The position numbers and the translations under genes are program-made. Below the pieces are notes generated by a model. The model saw only the letters and a program-made list of their open reading frames with translations, made no database searches and was not told the origin of the DNA. This document shows, piece after piece, positions 13,129-26,242 of a DNA stretch of 64,000 nucleotides (position 1 is its first letter; every line of letters starts with the position of its first letter). Origin of the DNA: Chlorokybus atmophyticus (Eukaryota; Plantae; Mesostigma and Chlorokybus algae); the NCBI GenBank assembly GCA_009103225.1, contig RHPI01002090.1, positions 184,625-248,624 of the forward strand, written 5' to 3'.

Positions 13129-14420
13129 TCACGAAGTGCAGGCGCAGCGCGGTGCGGGGTTGGCAGCCCGCCGCCTTGCAGCAGCTGTGGCAGTCTCTCT
13201 GGGCCTGGCAGACTCGGTATTCAACCTGACCACGGGTGCGTATGCTCGCTGTTCTTCAGGGGGCGCATTTGCATAATCTTCTGCAATGCTGCGATTGCAC
13301 CAACTCTTATTACATGCCATACATGTTGTCTGTGGTAGATAACTTCAACAGAATAAGCCTCAAAGCAAGCTCAGAGAACTTACGTGTTGAACAGCGCTTC
13401 TACATTCAGCCCGCTCTTTGCAGATGTGATGAACAATTTGGCATTGTTCTTCCTCGCATAAGCCCTTAGCTCCTCATCAGATACCTGGCGCGGCTTGCCT
13501 TCGGAAAGCAAGTCACCTGCCCAAGCAATGGACTTGGTTTGCTTGCTCAACAAGTTCTGAACTGAGTGACCAGCTATAATGTAAAGCACTTCACGCACAT
13601 TTTGTCATGGCAATGTACAACTTGCACATGTTCTCTGCGTCCAGCAACTCCTGCCATCACAAGGCAAAAGATCAGTCAGCACTTACCCGGGCAGCTGACA
13701 CATGCACAAGTAACCAGTACCTGCACCCAGAACTTGAGTTTCTCGAAGCTCGACACGTCTGTGCAATCAAAGCAAAGGATGGCAGCGCGCGCCGAATGGT
13801 AGTACACCTTACTAAGGCTCTCAAACCGTTCTGCAATATGAAGGCCACAACCCGTCATCAGTAATCGAGTGAGTTTGCGACCAACATCACTTCAGCACAC
13901 GATGCTGCCTCCTGCAGCGTTAACACTACCATGAAAAAGAGTCACACAACAACGAACACATAAAATTCTGTTCAGCTGTGACAAGAAGCTGTGCTGCGGC
14001 GATCACCTGCTCCAGCTGTATCCCATATGCCTAGTGTCATTGTCTTCATCCCAGTAACAACCCGTTTAGCCCCGAAAGCAGCACCAATCGTCTGTGTGCA
14101 ACAATGACCACGTCAGAGGCAAGCAAGATCGCCCATGCTCAGTTCAACGCCACCTACATGCAAGCTGCCAACAATGCATGGGTGACTTGACTCACTGATT
14201 GAAGCAACTATGCAGTTCATCAGAACTGCAACACAATGAAACAGCGGTTCTGTCGCTTAGTCATGCAGAATTGTAATGCGTGCACCATACAGATCAGTTC
14301 CCGCACGCTCACGCTTTTCTGCGCCGCATCGAACTTGTGGTGCAAGTAGCGCTCGACGAGGCAGGATTTGCCGACGCTCTGCTTGCCAAGAAGGACCACC
14401 TTGATGTCCACGTTGGCCAT
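13129..14420 (-). CDS. RAB24: Rab small GTPase, Rab24-like
   Basis: Exons give MANVDIKVVLLGKQSVGKSCLVERYLHHKF / TIGAAFGAK...[31 protein letters not shown] / IAMTKCDLL / FITSAKSGLNVEALF / ...PRCACTS*. G1, G3 (DTAGAERF, with the Gln replaced as in Rab24), G4 and G5 motifs and C-terminal prenylation cysteines are present. Confidence 0.88.
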
Positions 14421-15343
14421 GACATGGAGGAGCAGGCGCCGCGCCGCATGTAATCAATGGTCAATCCTCCTCCCCTGCCTAAGTCACTTCCTACCCCGCC
14501 CAACTATGAGCAGCGGCAACTTCACCGACCAGCTCCGCCCTCCCCAAGATCCCCATGCATTATGAAAACAAAACAACTTCGCTATCATATCACCATCACC
14601 CCAGGTTTTGCCAACATCCTCATCCGTCCACGGTGCCTCTCACCAAACCACGCCTGCACGCCGCCCCCGCCACCCACGTCAACGCCGACGAGTCTGCCCG
14701 CCAGATTCGTCCTCCCGTTGCCCCGCCGAAGGGTCACACCATCGGCCAAGCGCGAAGGTCAGCTAGCTTGGAGCTGGCAGTTTGAACTGAACTGCTGCCA
14801 GTGGCAGTGGCCTGCCACCCCCGCGCAAAGGAGATGTGTGCGCACGATGGCACAACCGACCCGACGGTGGTGTCGCTCGTGTCACGCGAGTGTGCGATTG
14901 TGTGCACAGAAAAGACGGTGGGGTGGGGGTATGTGTCTACGTATGGGTGCGTGTTATGGGCTCGGCTATGCACACATGCTCACATGGCAAGGTTCAGCGC
15001 ATGTCCTGAAACGCATGTGTGTGCTATTTTACGGTTGCAACTATGCAGATGCTGATTCTGCTGGCACAGGTTCATGACGTTTTGAGATGCAAGTGTCCTA
15101 GCATGCGTGCACCTCCTCATTGATCCGCCATGGTTCTTGCATTTGCTTATCTGGAGGGAACTCAAAACATGCATACCACGGCAAGTGCTACACTCGAGCA
15201 GCATACTCGTCCGTCCCTGGAATGTTGCACCCCACAGAAACAGCCATGCCTTTGCGATTGTTGGAGCACACGGTTGAAAACTGGCTAATGAACATGTTTT
15301 CTTGCAAACAAGACGCTTGCGCTGAGCCAGAGATGCTAACGAA

Positions 15344-18300
15344 TTACAGTTCTTCTCTAATCAACGGTGGATCTGTGCTGTTGAAAGCCGCAGGCATATG
15401 GTCAGCAGCAGCGTCTTGACTGGTTTCCTCGTGCGGCAATGCCAACTGCTCTTGCTGTAGGTACTGAGGTTCTGGAGGAAAGCTGCCAATGCAACCGCAG
15501 CATGAGAAGCAAGCACATGGCAGTCACACATACATTTCGTACCGGTTGTGGACGTTGTAGCGACAAAAAGTGCATTTGCAAAGGCATGACTCACCTGGCA
15601 TAGGTGTTGATAAAGGTTTTCAGCTTGCTGTATATCATCCCAGCTGAGTTATTGTATGCCATTGGCTGCATCTTGTTCAGGGCAGGGAAGATCCAGGTGC
15701 AAGGGAAATAACCAATGTCCGGAAATTCTTTTGGGCGCTCGTTGCGCATGCCTTCTATCTTTGTAATATGCAGTGTTGGTATTTCTTCGTACTCAATAGC
15801 CACCTTCTCATAAACTGCCTCTGTTTCCTCCCACTTGTCATCCACTGCGTTTGCACGCCTCAGAGTGAGCCATGTTTACACGCATGCGCCAGCGTTGTGT
15901 TGACAATCCCCATGGATGCACAACCTCTACTTACTCTCTGCATAAAACGCAATGACAACATCCTTCTCAGGGTTCATAACCGTCTGCATCAAAGTGTCTG
16001 CAACAACAGTGCATACTGGCCCTGCATCGTTGACAGGTGCTGGTTCTGACCGAATGTGGTCCGGCGTGATTGAACGGCTTGAATAAGCCTCCACCAGCTG
16101 TCAACAGTTGCGGCATCAGAAAGTTGCATGGTTGTACGTCAAACAGACAAGATGAAGTCTACCTTCTCAATGCGTGCAGGAGTCAGGGGGCTGGTTGAAT
16201 CTGTGCTGATGCAGTACCGATACTCCTGGCAAGGATAAAAAAAATGCAGTCGATGAGTCATTGTGATGATGAGGTCAGAGGCACAATCCCTCGCTTTGTA
16301 CACACCAAGACCGGAGTGTTTACTGTGTGACTGCCATCTTACCTCTTTGAAGTCTTCAAGCACAGCATAAGTCACACTGGTATGCTCACAACGCAAGTGC
16401 TCCAGCAAGTCACCACTTCCGTTTCTGTCAGGGCATTGCTCATAAGTGAAGTTACAGTACAGAACGGAGCAATTGTAGTGATGTAATAGGGCACCATCTT
16501 ACACTTGAGTGTAAACGAAGGAGATTCTGCCATAGAACTTTTCCGCTACTGGCTTTATGCTGTCAAGAAGCGGGTCATGCGTGTCGAGGTCATCATCCAA
16601 CAAGACGTACAGGATAGGAACAGAACGCTTCCTGAAAGCCTCAAAGTTCCAGCGTGTGATCTCCTCCTGCAAGAGCCGCATGCGTTTGTCAATATGCATG
16701 GCAACTGGGTGCTATGACAACACAGTGTGCCATACAGGACACTGCGGTTTCTAAGAATGGCTAGTTGCATACACGTTACCAGAGCATTGAACTGGGTGTT
16801 GTACACCCACGCGTGAAGCTGCTTCCACTTCATGTTGCCCGTGTACACCTCCAGTGCCTCCCCCTTCTTTACCATGGCCACGCCTGTGAAGTTCTCAGGA
16901 AGCTGTGCAAGCCTGCAAGCCAAAATCAGCACAATGACAGACAAACGTCGCACAGTCTATATAAAGCTGACATAGCTACCTTGGGTCCAGTGACAAAGCC
17001 TCTGCGGCATTGGTATTCAGCTTGGCAAACAAGCGGTAAAGGTTGGGGTCTGCGTCCGCGCGGAACCTCTTGGCTGTGTACTCAAAGACAGAAGCTGCAC
17101 AAGAGCAGAGAAGCGCTGAGATGACCTTTTGACTGAAGCCAGACTCTTGCACAGCAAATGGCAGGAACATGCAGAACCCGTCAACAGGCAAGCAGACTCA
17201 GTGCATTCATGTATGTGTAACGCAGACTATACTGCAGTATAAATGTGGCCAATGCTAACATCTGCATGGGCTTACCAGCCTTAGGGGATTGAAAGTAGCC
17301 CAGCACTGCTTTTGGGTGCAAGTCTAGAAACGCGGATGTCTCATTGGCAGACCCAAGATCTGTCCATGCAGATTCCGTCTGCCTGCAATGCACACGCAAT
17401 GACTCAAGGCAATCTATGTTTTTGCAAGCTTGTGTAGATGCAGTTGTCTTGGGAGTTCTTCATCAGCACTGTGCCACGCAAGCTTACAGTACTGGTAGCA
17501 AACCCACCTCTTCAGGAACCGGCCCAGCCACCCAATCTGCGCTATTGACTTGGCATCAAAAACAAACACCTCGCCAGTGCTGGACAGAAGCAAGTTGTGT
17601 TGGTGGTCAGCGTACATCTTGCATCAGCATGTACCCTAGCTTGTCAAGGCTTGCAGTGCAAGAGAGTGTCATCCTTCAAGTAATCAGCATGCTTACTTAA
17701 AGAACAGCTTAGTGGTGGGAAAGTTTGGAACTTGCAACCGTTTGGCTAGGCCTCCATTCTCTTTGCCATCAACATAAGCCACACTTACACCAATCTCCTT
17801 GACCTTTTCAGCGACGGTTGTGAATACAAAATGCAGCAGCTGCGAATCCCGTGTTGCTGCGCGACACAAAGGATGAGGCGATGGTCAAGGCTACATGGCA
17901 TTGTGACATGAGCAACAGATCTTCAGTGCGTCAATGAACTGAGTGTAGGCAGCTGAGTTACCTCTCTCAAAGAATAAAACGGCCGTGATGTTCTGTGCGC
18001 CAACAAAACCAGCAAATGTCTGCTCCGTAAGCAGGGGCACGACAGTATCGTCGTATGCTGCAGATACAGCAAGATGTTTTCAACAAGGTAACCGGCACAA
18101 TGCAGTTTGACGCAATATGTCCCTCACAACAGTTTCAACACGCTTAAATGTGCAACTCATGTGAGCAACTGCCTGCACGGCAGAGCGCCTTACCAGAAGC
18201 ACAACTTACCCTCTTGCGGATAGTCTGCTGGACGGAGCGCTTGCTCATCCTCATCCCAGCCATCATTCTGGTCGAGATCTGCAAGCCAGCATAGAGTCAG

Positions 18301-19114
18301 CCTTGCAAAGATAAGTGCGATACCTCGAGTGGTCATGTACGTACTTGGGTTATCTTCTTCCTCAGCCTTCCACCTCTTCCAGTCAACACCAACAAATGAC
18401 TTCAATGTATCCTTATGGTCGTTGAGCAAGCGAGGCCAGTAGCGTGCTGACCACTTCTTTGGTACTGTCAACTGTATGCCGCTCTTGCTGACATCAACAG
18501 TGGCAAGCTGTTGCAGCGAAGTGTGAGTGCTTTTTTGTGAGACACATGACGACAAGCTGCAGATCGTCTTGCATGTTCACCCACTATCAACGGCCTTCCT
18601 CACCCGTGACTCCACTTTGCGATAGAAGTGCAACTGCAGCTGCCAGGTGCCTTCAGTGTGCGGTGCAGAGAATGATACGTGGGTGTCATTGACGACAATG
18701 CTGTCATTGCTGATCTGTGCTTCTGGTGCTACTATCCTGACATACAGCATCAGCGTCCGCTGCGCCCATTGAACTCGTGGCGTGCTCCTGCAACACCAAA
18801 TGGAGACAGTGTCAGAATGCCTTGCAGCCTACGCGAGAGGAGCCACTAACGCAACATGCGTGGTGCATGCTGTCTCATTGATGCAAATGACTGATTGTGC
18901 AGCAAGTTGCTGGCACACAGCGCACACACAGGCACCCTTGCATGCCATGCACACTTGGCAACTGCGTAAACAGACTTGCACAAAGCTGCATTGCGCAGGC
19001 GAGGGGGGGNNNNNNNNNNNNNNNNNNNNNNNNNNNNNNNNNNNNNNNNNNNNNNNNNNNNNNNNNNNNNNNNNNNNNNNNNNNNNNNNNNNNNNNNNNN
19101 NNNNNNNNNNNNNN

Positions 19115-19167
<53 letters not shown>

Positions 19168-19420
19168 ACTGTGTTAACGACTATGAAGAGAGTGTTGGAA
19201 CGCAAATATGCAAACGTAAAGCGAGAGGGTATGAGCGTGCATGCGTGTGCGCACGTGTACAAGTGTGTGCACGTGCGTGTTGCAGGGAATGCCGTCAATT
19301 AATATAGCATTAGGCAAGAACTCACCGAACGATGGTGTCCAATTCAGTACACGACACTGCTGTGGACAGCAGCAAGCAAGTCAGCAGCGCAAACAAGCTG
19401 CGGCCACCACCGCTAAGCAT
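15344..19420 (-). CDS. ER-targeted p23/CS-domain + redox-inactive PDI-like (a-b-b'-a') protein with C-terminal REEL
   Basis: Exons 19420-19326, 18787-18604, 18507-18345, 18278-18210, 18057-17962 and 17856-17697 join with consistent phases at GT-AG sites; further exons run to TAA at 15344-15346. Signal peptide MLSGGGRSLFALLTCLLLSTAVSC; p23 hallmarks TPRVQWAQR...YWPRLL...FVGVDWKRWKAEEED; thioredoxin-fold blocks; RSEPAPVNDAGPVCTVVADTL (PDI x-linker into a'); ends IREEL*. Confidence 0.85.
19010..19165. other. Assembly gap (105 N) followed by a 51-nt poly-G run, inside intron 1 of the p23-PDI gene
   Basis: N at 19010-19114 and G at 19115-19165. Confidence 0.95.
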
Positions 19421-19958
19421 GGCGCCGGAGCCACCACTATGTCGCCAGAATACCGCCGCAATGATGTTAAAGCAAGCACCTTCGTGTCACCTCCACATGC
19501 TGGAACTCATACTACCTCGCCGCTAAGTGTGCTCAGATAATCACACTCATTTGCACTGGACTTAAACCAGCTCTGCTTACTGTTCTTCACTGGCTGAGGC
19601 ACATGTCCAGTTGAGCGAATGCTTACAGCCGTCAATGCCTGTCCGCTTGCACCTACCAGTCAACAGCGCGTACCAGAAACAAAGAAGCGACTCTTACAGC
19701 AAAGCTCTCAAAACAAGCTGCTGCGCGCAGCTGCTGCAGCCTCCGCCGCCGCAGCATGCACAGTGTACACAGCAAGTGGCGAACGCTGCAGCGACGGTTA
19801 CAGTTGAGTGCAGTGGCGCGGACACAACTGCAATGCATACCTAAGGTAAGGCTAAAAAGCATTGCTTTGTCTCATACAATCCTGATCAGCTTCCCTGGTA
19901 TCAAGCCGGTTCAACGCCTTAGAAAAGTCAGATTCAACGATTCAGGTCGGGGCGTGCA

Positions 19959-19967
19959 TTAGGGTTT
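19959..19967 (+). promoter_or_regulatory. Telo-box (TTAGGGTTT) between the divergent p23-PDI and ACINUS genes
   Basis: Exact match to the plant telo-box AAACCCTAA on the minus strand, upstream of a likely 5'UTR exon of ACINUS. Confidence 0.45.
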
Positions 19968-20706
19968 GGGTTCTTTCGCAGAGATTGTGTGGGTTTTGGC
20001 GGCAAGGCGGGCGGCGGCGACGGTGGTGCTGCTGGTGGCAGTGAAGTCTTTGCAGTGTGGCTGGTGGCTACGGAGACACAGCCATGCGGATGTGCTGAGT
20101 CCGCTCATACGTGGACGCAGGTATGCGCAGGTTCATCAATCAGCTCGCAAAGTTGGTTTCATGGGTTGCGCCTGTCGTGGAGGTACAGCTACATGCGGCG
20201 CATGCCAAACTTATGATGTTTTCGTACGCTATGTGTAATGTGTTTGCACGTATACTTTGGTTGGTTGCTCGGTGGCTTTGCTACAGGTATTCACTTGTGC
20301 ATTTGTAACTGTTCTGTGTCCCTGATCTGAGAACAGTAGGCGGGTTGTAGGCATCTTAACAGGCACTTGCTAGGACGGCATTCCGGGTAATCGCATGGCA
20401 TGCTGTTATGATGCGTGCCACAGGTCGTTCCAAAGTCTGCAGCGCCCTGTGCACACAAGGAGCTCATACACACTATGTCTAATGAAATTTATCTTGCTAG
20501 TCGACGTGATGTACGTTTGTTGTTGTTAAAACCCGAATGTGAGACGGTGTCTACTGCACACGAGCATGTCTTGCTCGTGTGAAGTTGTTGTGTGGTATCG
20601 AGTTTGATTGTGTATCCGCAAGAGCGCATAGCTTTGAAATCTCTGAAAGCAACTTGCGCATGTCCTCGCTGTCGTTGGTGAACTGCTACCTACCTTACCT
20701 GCCTTT

Positions 20707-22952
20707 ATGCAGCAAGGTGACAAGATGGATGCCAGCAGCATCCGCATGCAGTTTCAGCAGCTCAAGGTGACTGATCTTAAAGCAGAACTATCACGGCGAG
20801 GCCTAAAGCAGTCAGGTTTGAAGGCGGAGTTGATTGAGCGACTTGTAGACGCAACACTTGCGGAAAGGCAAAATGAGGAAAGTCAACAGCAAAGTGCCAG
20901 CCAGGCATCTGATATAAACCACCAAGAACAAGCCCCGGCTGAGGAACCAGACAATGACCTGGATAATATACCACATGCCCAATTGGAACCTATGCAAACA
21001 GCAGCCGAGGTGATTCCACAACCAGATGCTGCAACAGATCGGGGTGCTTCAGAGGTAGAAGCCACTCAGCAGCAGCCAGATGCTTCTGAGCAGCAAAAAA
21101 CGGAACAGCATGCGCCGCCTGATCACGCAGCAGCAGATGCCGCTGGAGATGGTCCTGAGCAGGTTGCACAGACAGCTCAGGCAGCTGAGGATGGGCCAGT
21201 TGAGACCGTAGAGACAGAAGCAGTGGCAGCACCAGAGTCTGCGGAGGCAGCAAGTGTCGTGCCAGCTGTGGAGCGAGTGCAAGGTGCTCCGGTAGAAGCA
21301 GATGCTGAGATGCAAGAACAGCCAGGGCCTGTACAGCCTGCACAGGCTGAGGCGGAACATGACATTGACCACCAGCAGGATGTACATCAACCTGCGCCCA
21401 GGCCTGCTGAGGAACACATTGAACGAGAGCGAGAACCTGAACCGGTTGTGACCCCAGAACCAGAGATTGAACCAGTGGCAGCAGTTTCAGACCAGGATGA
21501 TGAAGCAGAGGCCGAGGGCGAAGTTGCACGGCAACCTGACCACGCAGATCAGGTGATGCAAGAGGTAAGTGCAAGCGCTGCACGTATGAGCAGTTGGTGT
21601 TGATAGCCTTGCCACTGCCGGCCATGCCACTGATATTAAACGCCCAAGTGTTCAACGATTTGTTTGTTGAGCAGGCAGCGCAGCCTTCTGCTCCAAAGCG
21701 AAAACTGGAAGGTACTACAAATATTGCTGCCTACATATGCAACAAATTGGCAGGACTAATCTGCACCAGCTGAGTCCTTTGCTTTGTGACGCTGATTGCA
21801 TGCTACTGTTTTGCTGCAGAGCTTGCACCCACGACACCAGATGAGGCTACGTTTATCGGTAAGAAGCAGCGTCGTTGGAATTCCACCGAAGGTGATGCTG
21901 CAGGTAAAGGTGAGAAGGCAGCGGGGCCTTCTGCCCAAGCAGACAAACCGCCCGTGCGCAGACCAGATGCTGTCAAAACGGAGGCTCAGCGCCCAGCAAA
22001 TGGAGCCAAGGGTAGTCCAGCTGTCACACCTAGATCAGCTACTGCAGCTGTGGAGGAAGGTGCTCAGCAAGCGCGGCATGGTAAGCATGCAGCTCAGTTG
22101 GCACCACATGCGGTGCTGCATTCAGCTGGTAGCTGCTATCGTGCAGGATTATGTTGCTGGAGGATGCTAAGCAGCTTTTTCTACTTGCAGTGCCATCTTC
22201 AACCAATCCCGTATCAAGGGCGCTGCGGGTGGACAACTTTGTACGCCCTCTAACTGTACCCGCTGTGAAGGAGTTGCTGTCTCGTGAAGGGACTATAGTG
22301 GAATTTTGGATGAACAACATCAAATCGCACTGCTATGTTGTGGTGAGGACGTGCTTATTGCCTGCTGTTGCGCGAATTGTTCAATCCCATAGCCTGGGCT
22401 GCATGTCCAACCATGTACTACGCCTCCAGTATGAGACCGAGAAGCAAGCTGCGGACACGCGAGAAGCTGTCCATGACCTTCTGTGGCCACCCCATGGCAA
22501 GAAGCTGGTAGCGGAGTTTGCCAAACTGGAGGACGCAAAGCAAATCATCGCCAGCAATGGTACTGCAGGCGCAGCCACTCCCAGGCCTGCCGCGGTCACC
22601 AATAACCATGCTCGCCCAGCTGCCACCCAAAAGCCTGCCGTCAAACCTGAGCAAAAGCCACCAGGTTTGCAACGAAGCAATTCTTTTACTGTGAAGTTGG
22701 TATTGTCTGTATGAGCCCTTGGAACTTCTTGTGCGTTGGGCGAGCTCCTTTGCAAATGCTGGACAGAATTACTGATACAGCACGTTGCGTGCAGCTGAGC
22801 CTCAACCCCCTGGGTTAGACGACTTGTTCCGCAAGACTCGCACAAAGCCGCATATCTACTACCTTCCACTAACAGCAGAGCAGATAGCGAAAAAGCATGC
22901 GTCGAAACCGCAGGGAGCGGCTCAAGGACACCATGCGAGAGCAGCTGCATGA
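20707..22952 (+). CDS. ACIN1: ACINUS / apoptotic chromatin condensation inducer (SAP + RRM + RSB)
   Basis: SAP domain FQQLKVTDLKAELSRRGLKQSGLKAELIERL; long acidic linker; RRM SRALRVDNFVRPLTVPAVKELLSREGTIVEFWMNNIKSHCYV / YETEKQAADTREAVHDLLWPPHGKKLVAEF; RSB motif LDDLFRKTRTKPHIYYLPLT; TGA at 22950-22952. The start may instead be the Met at 20725. Confidence 0.93.
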
Positions 22953-24903
22953 GCAGATATATGAGGCACAACTTCTTTGTTTACTTCTGCGACTAGTTGC
23001 TGCGCACGTATATGGAACACTCTGTGCACACTGCACAGCAGCAGATGTAAATGATACTCGGTGCGTTCATGGCGGTTTAGCACGCGCCCATGCATATTGT
23101 GCTTATAACCGACTGCTGTGCTCATCACCCACGCTGGTGAATAAGCAGCAGCATTCTAGCAGTTAGCAAGATGTTCCCTGTGTAGTGGACAATGCAGTTC
23201 CTTGGCGTATGACAAGTTGAAACTTGGCTACTTCTGACAGAGACTTGGAGAATAGACCTATGCTCGCTGTTTACACAAGTGCATGTCATGCTTGCATCAT
23301 GATGAATGTGTGCTTAGCACTCAGTATTGCATGGGTCTTGAACTTATGTACATGTGCTCGTTCCTTAACACTACTTGACGAATTGTCAATGACGATGCTT
23401 TCCTTCCTTGCCATGAAGCGAGTTCATTTTTACGACTTCACAACACGCACATATGCAAATCAAAGCTATGCTCTTTTTGCACACACCCTCGTCCTGTAGT
23501 TGGTGCTGTAGTCATGATGCACACATGCCCACCTGCAGCTATCACTAGGCTGCGCGTGCAGCCCGTGTTGGCACGATGTAACTCACAGAACACACACATC
23601 CTTACATGCTAAAGAAGTGTGCCTGCGGGCTACTCAATCGGTGGCAGTTTGCAAGCGACTTGTGTTTTGCACATCACAAAGCACATGGTAGTCAGTGCAC
23701 TGTGCAGCAGCCAACTGCGCTTGGGTCTGTTGAGGAGCTGGTCGACTTTGCATGTACCTGCAAACGGCTATGTGTACCCAAACAGTCCCTGCAGCCACTG
23801 GCAAACCCAGGCATGCGTGAAGTTGCACGAGCACAGCTCAGATGCAACGACTGCACGGGGGTTGTCTCCGTCCGAGATCACCAGCTAAAGTTACGCGGCA
23901 CGTAGCCGGGAGCACCTCACGCCTTCACCGTGCAGCTGCTCTAAGGAACCACAGCAACATGTGACGCATAGGCCTAGTCCAGTCCAGACGGCGTTGCTCT
24001 CAAGGGTCGGTAGAACAGCCCTCCGCCAGCATAACAGCAGCTGCTGTGACACAGCAGCCTCCCCACCCTTACACTTGACCTTGCAGGTTCGTATTCACCT
24101 AGCAGGACTTCAACTGTGAAAAGTGTAAAACAGCACTGCCAACAACCGATCTCCCTGAGCCGACGTGACACTTGGCAGCGTTGCCTTTGCCGGCGTCTCT
24201 GTCCTCGCAGTTGTGTTGCTGGCGCTGGCGGCGAAGGGCAAGGGCGGCATGGCAGCAGTCAATGGGGCGGGGTTAGCCTTTACTACTGCTGCTGCTGCTG
24301 CCTTCCGGCTGAGCCCATCCCTCTGCCTCGTGCACTCCTGTAGAGCGTAAGGCCTGGTGTTGAAGCCTGTTGTCTCGCCCCCCCGCAGCACAGGTGCGGT
24401 GCAAAACCACCATGCCTGCATGCATGGGATGATCAACTTGCAATCAAACCCTCGGACAGACGTGCAGCTGTTTGTCTTGTTGGGATGGTCAAAGCGAGCC
24501 GCTTCAAAGAAGCTTTGCTTACGTGTTACTGTAAGCTTTGATTGGTCTGCCGTGTGATTTGACTAGACGAGACAGGGACGAGTCAGTTCTCTCTGTCTTC
24601 AGTTGGTAGCTGGTTTGTTGAGGCGCTGTTGGAACTTGGCGCATGCATGCAGCGCCAATGGCAGCATACAAAGTTGCATGCATGCACTCCAACCTTTGGA
24701 CTACGCCCACAAGTATTCCTTGTAGGCACATCATGCAGTCGAGCCTAAGCTGATCGCAGTGCATTAGCAGCAGTCCAGTCTCTGCACTCCTTGGCCTGTC
24801 AACCGTCATTGCATTGGACGCAATGTTTTACAGCTGCAACCACAGTAGGCAGTGACAACCGTACATCGCAAGGGCACAGCATTGTTCTTCTCATGCTTGC
24901 AGG

Positions 24904-25714
24904 ATGGAAGCGTCGGTGACGTTCTCACCGGGCTACCGTGTTGTCGCGCACGCCTGCAGACAGCAGCGTCCCATAGTCTTTTCGCCAACGCAGCGCATTA
25001 AGCCGTGCAAACCGACGCTTCCGCCTGAAAGCAGCAAACACAGGCATGCTGCTCCTTGGCGTAACACCACAACCTGCTCCTCTTATGGTAGCTTCAACAA
25101 CGGCAGAAGAGGCATGGATGACATGACAAGTTATTTCCGTCAGGTATGCATGCATACATGTGCGTGCGTGTTGCCAAGTTTTACCCAACCCAAGCAAATT
25201 TGCGTATGCAACCTGATTGGTACACAATTGCACGCAGCTGCAGGAAATACTCGACGCACACGCATTGCTGGCAAAGTCCTTCCCTATCTTGAAGGGGATT
25301 GATAGTGACCTGGACGAGATCAAGAGGAACCAGACTTTGATACAGGAGGACCAGGACAGCGTCAACCCGCAGCTGGACATAATCCTGGAGTACGCTGCAG
25401 AGATGGCGAAAATGACCGCGGAGCTTTTGGAGACAAGCAGAGCCAACACGCGGCTTCTTACGCTGCTGATTATGCAGAAAAAGGGGTTGGTGCCTCCTTT
25501 GCCTGATGGTGACAGCGGTGAGGGAGGTAGGAGTCTCATGGACGTGGAGAAGGAGGTTGAGAACGCCTTGAGTATGAGTGATATGATCGCCCAGCACGTA
25601 AGATTCCGCATGAAGTGCCAAGAAAGGGCCAGGGATGATGGTCAAACTGAATTCGAACAACAAGAACAAGAACAAGAACAAGAAAAGGAAGACAAAGAAG
25701 ACGTCCAAGAATAA
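24904..25714 (+). CDS. Orphan coiled-coil protein, paralogue 1; transit-peptide-like N-terminus; premature TAA
   Basis: Exons 24904-25143 and 25238-25714 are in frame. The frame continues past TAA to TGA at 25784-25786, which aligns with the stop of paralogue 2. Confidence 0.7.
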
Positions 25715-26242
25715 CATCAAGAACAAGAAGAGGAAACAGATGCAAGCGAGCCTTCAGAGACCGAGCGGCGCGATGATGGTGATTGAGAAGTGCACAGCTT
25801 CAAGTTGTTTGATATGTGTGGTGTAGCATGTGTGGTATGTGTTGCCTTAACTGGAGTCTGAGGGCTGTCACTAACATTGAGCCGTTAAGCAGCCTTCAGT
25901 TCGCGTGTTTGGTGAGTCAGGTTGACGACGCTGAGTTGAGGCGTCCACTGGCTTGCCAGCTGTGTAGGCGGGGATGCTGGTGACAGTGCATGCTTATTGG
26001 GAGCAGCGGCGAGGGTCCTGGTTGTGACACCAGCTGCCGGTGCTGGTACTGCTGGCATCCGCAGGGATTGCATTGTGACATATGGGCAATTGGCGGTATG
26101 GGGGGTGAGTGCGCGGGACTGTTGTGTAAACTGCACATAGCCTGGTGGCTTGTATAGCATAACTAGCCTGGTACTTTTTGTGTTGGTTGCATTTTGCTGC
26201 TTTGCTTCGTACACTGCATGGTTATTGCGCGTATGTGGCAGT

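Noticed and set aside
23600-24436. Minus-strand gene with an SH3-like GYVPRNF motif
   Set aside because: I could not build a phase-consistent exon chain, and the duplicated counterpart at 28740-29280 is frameshifted relative to it.
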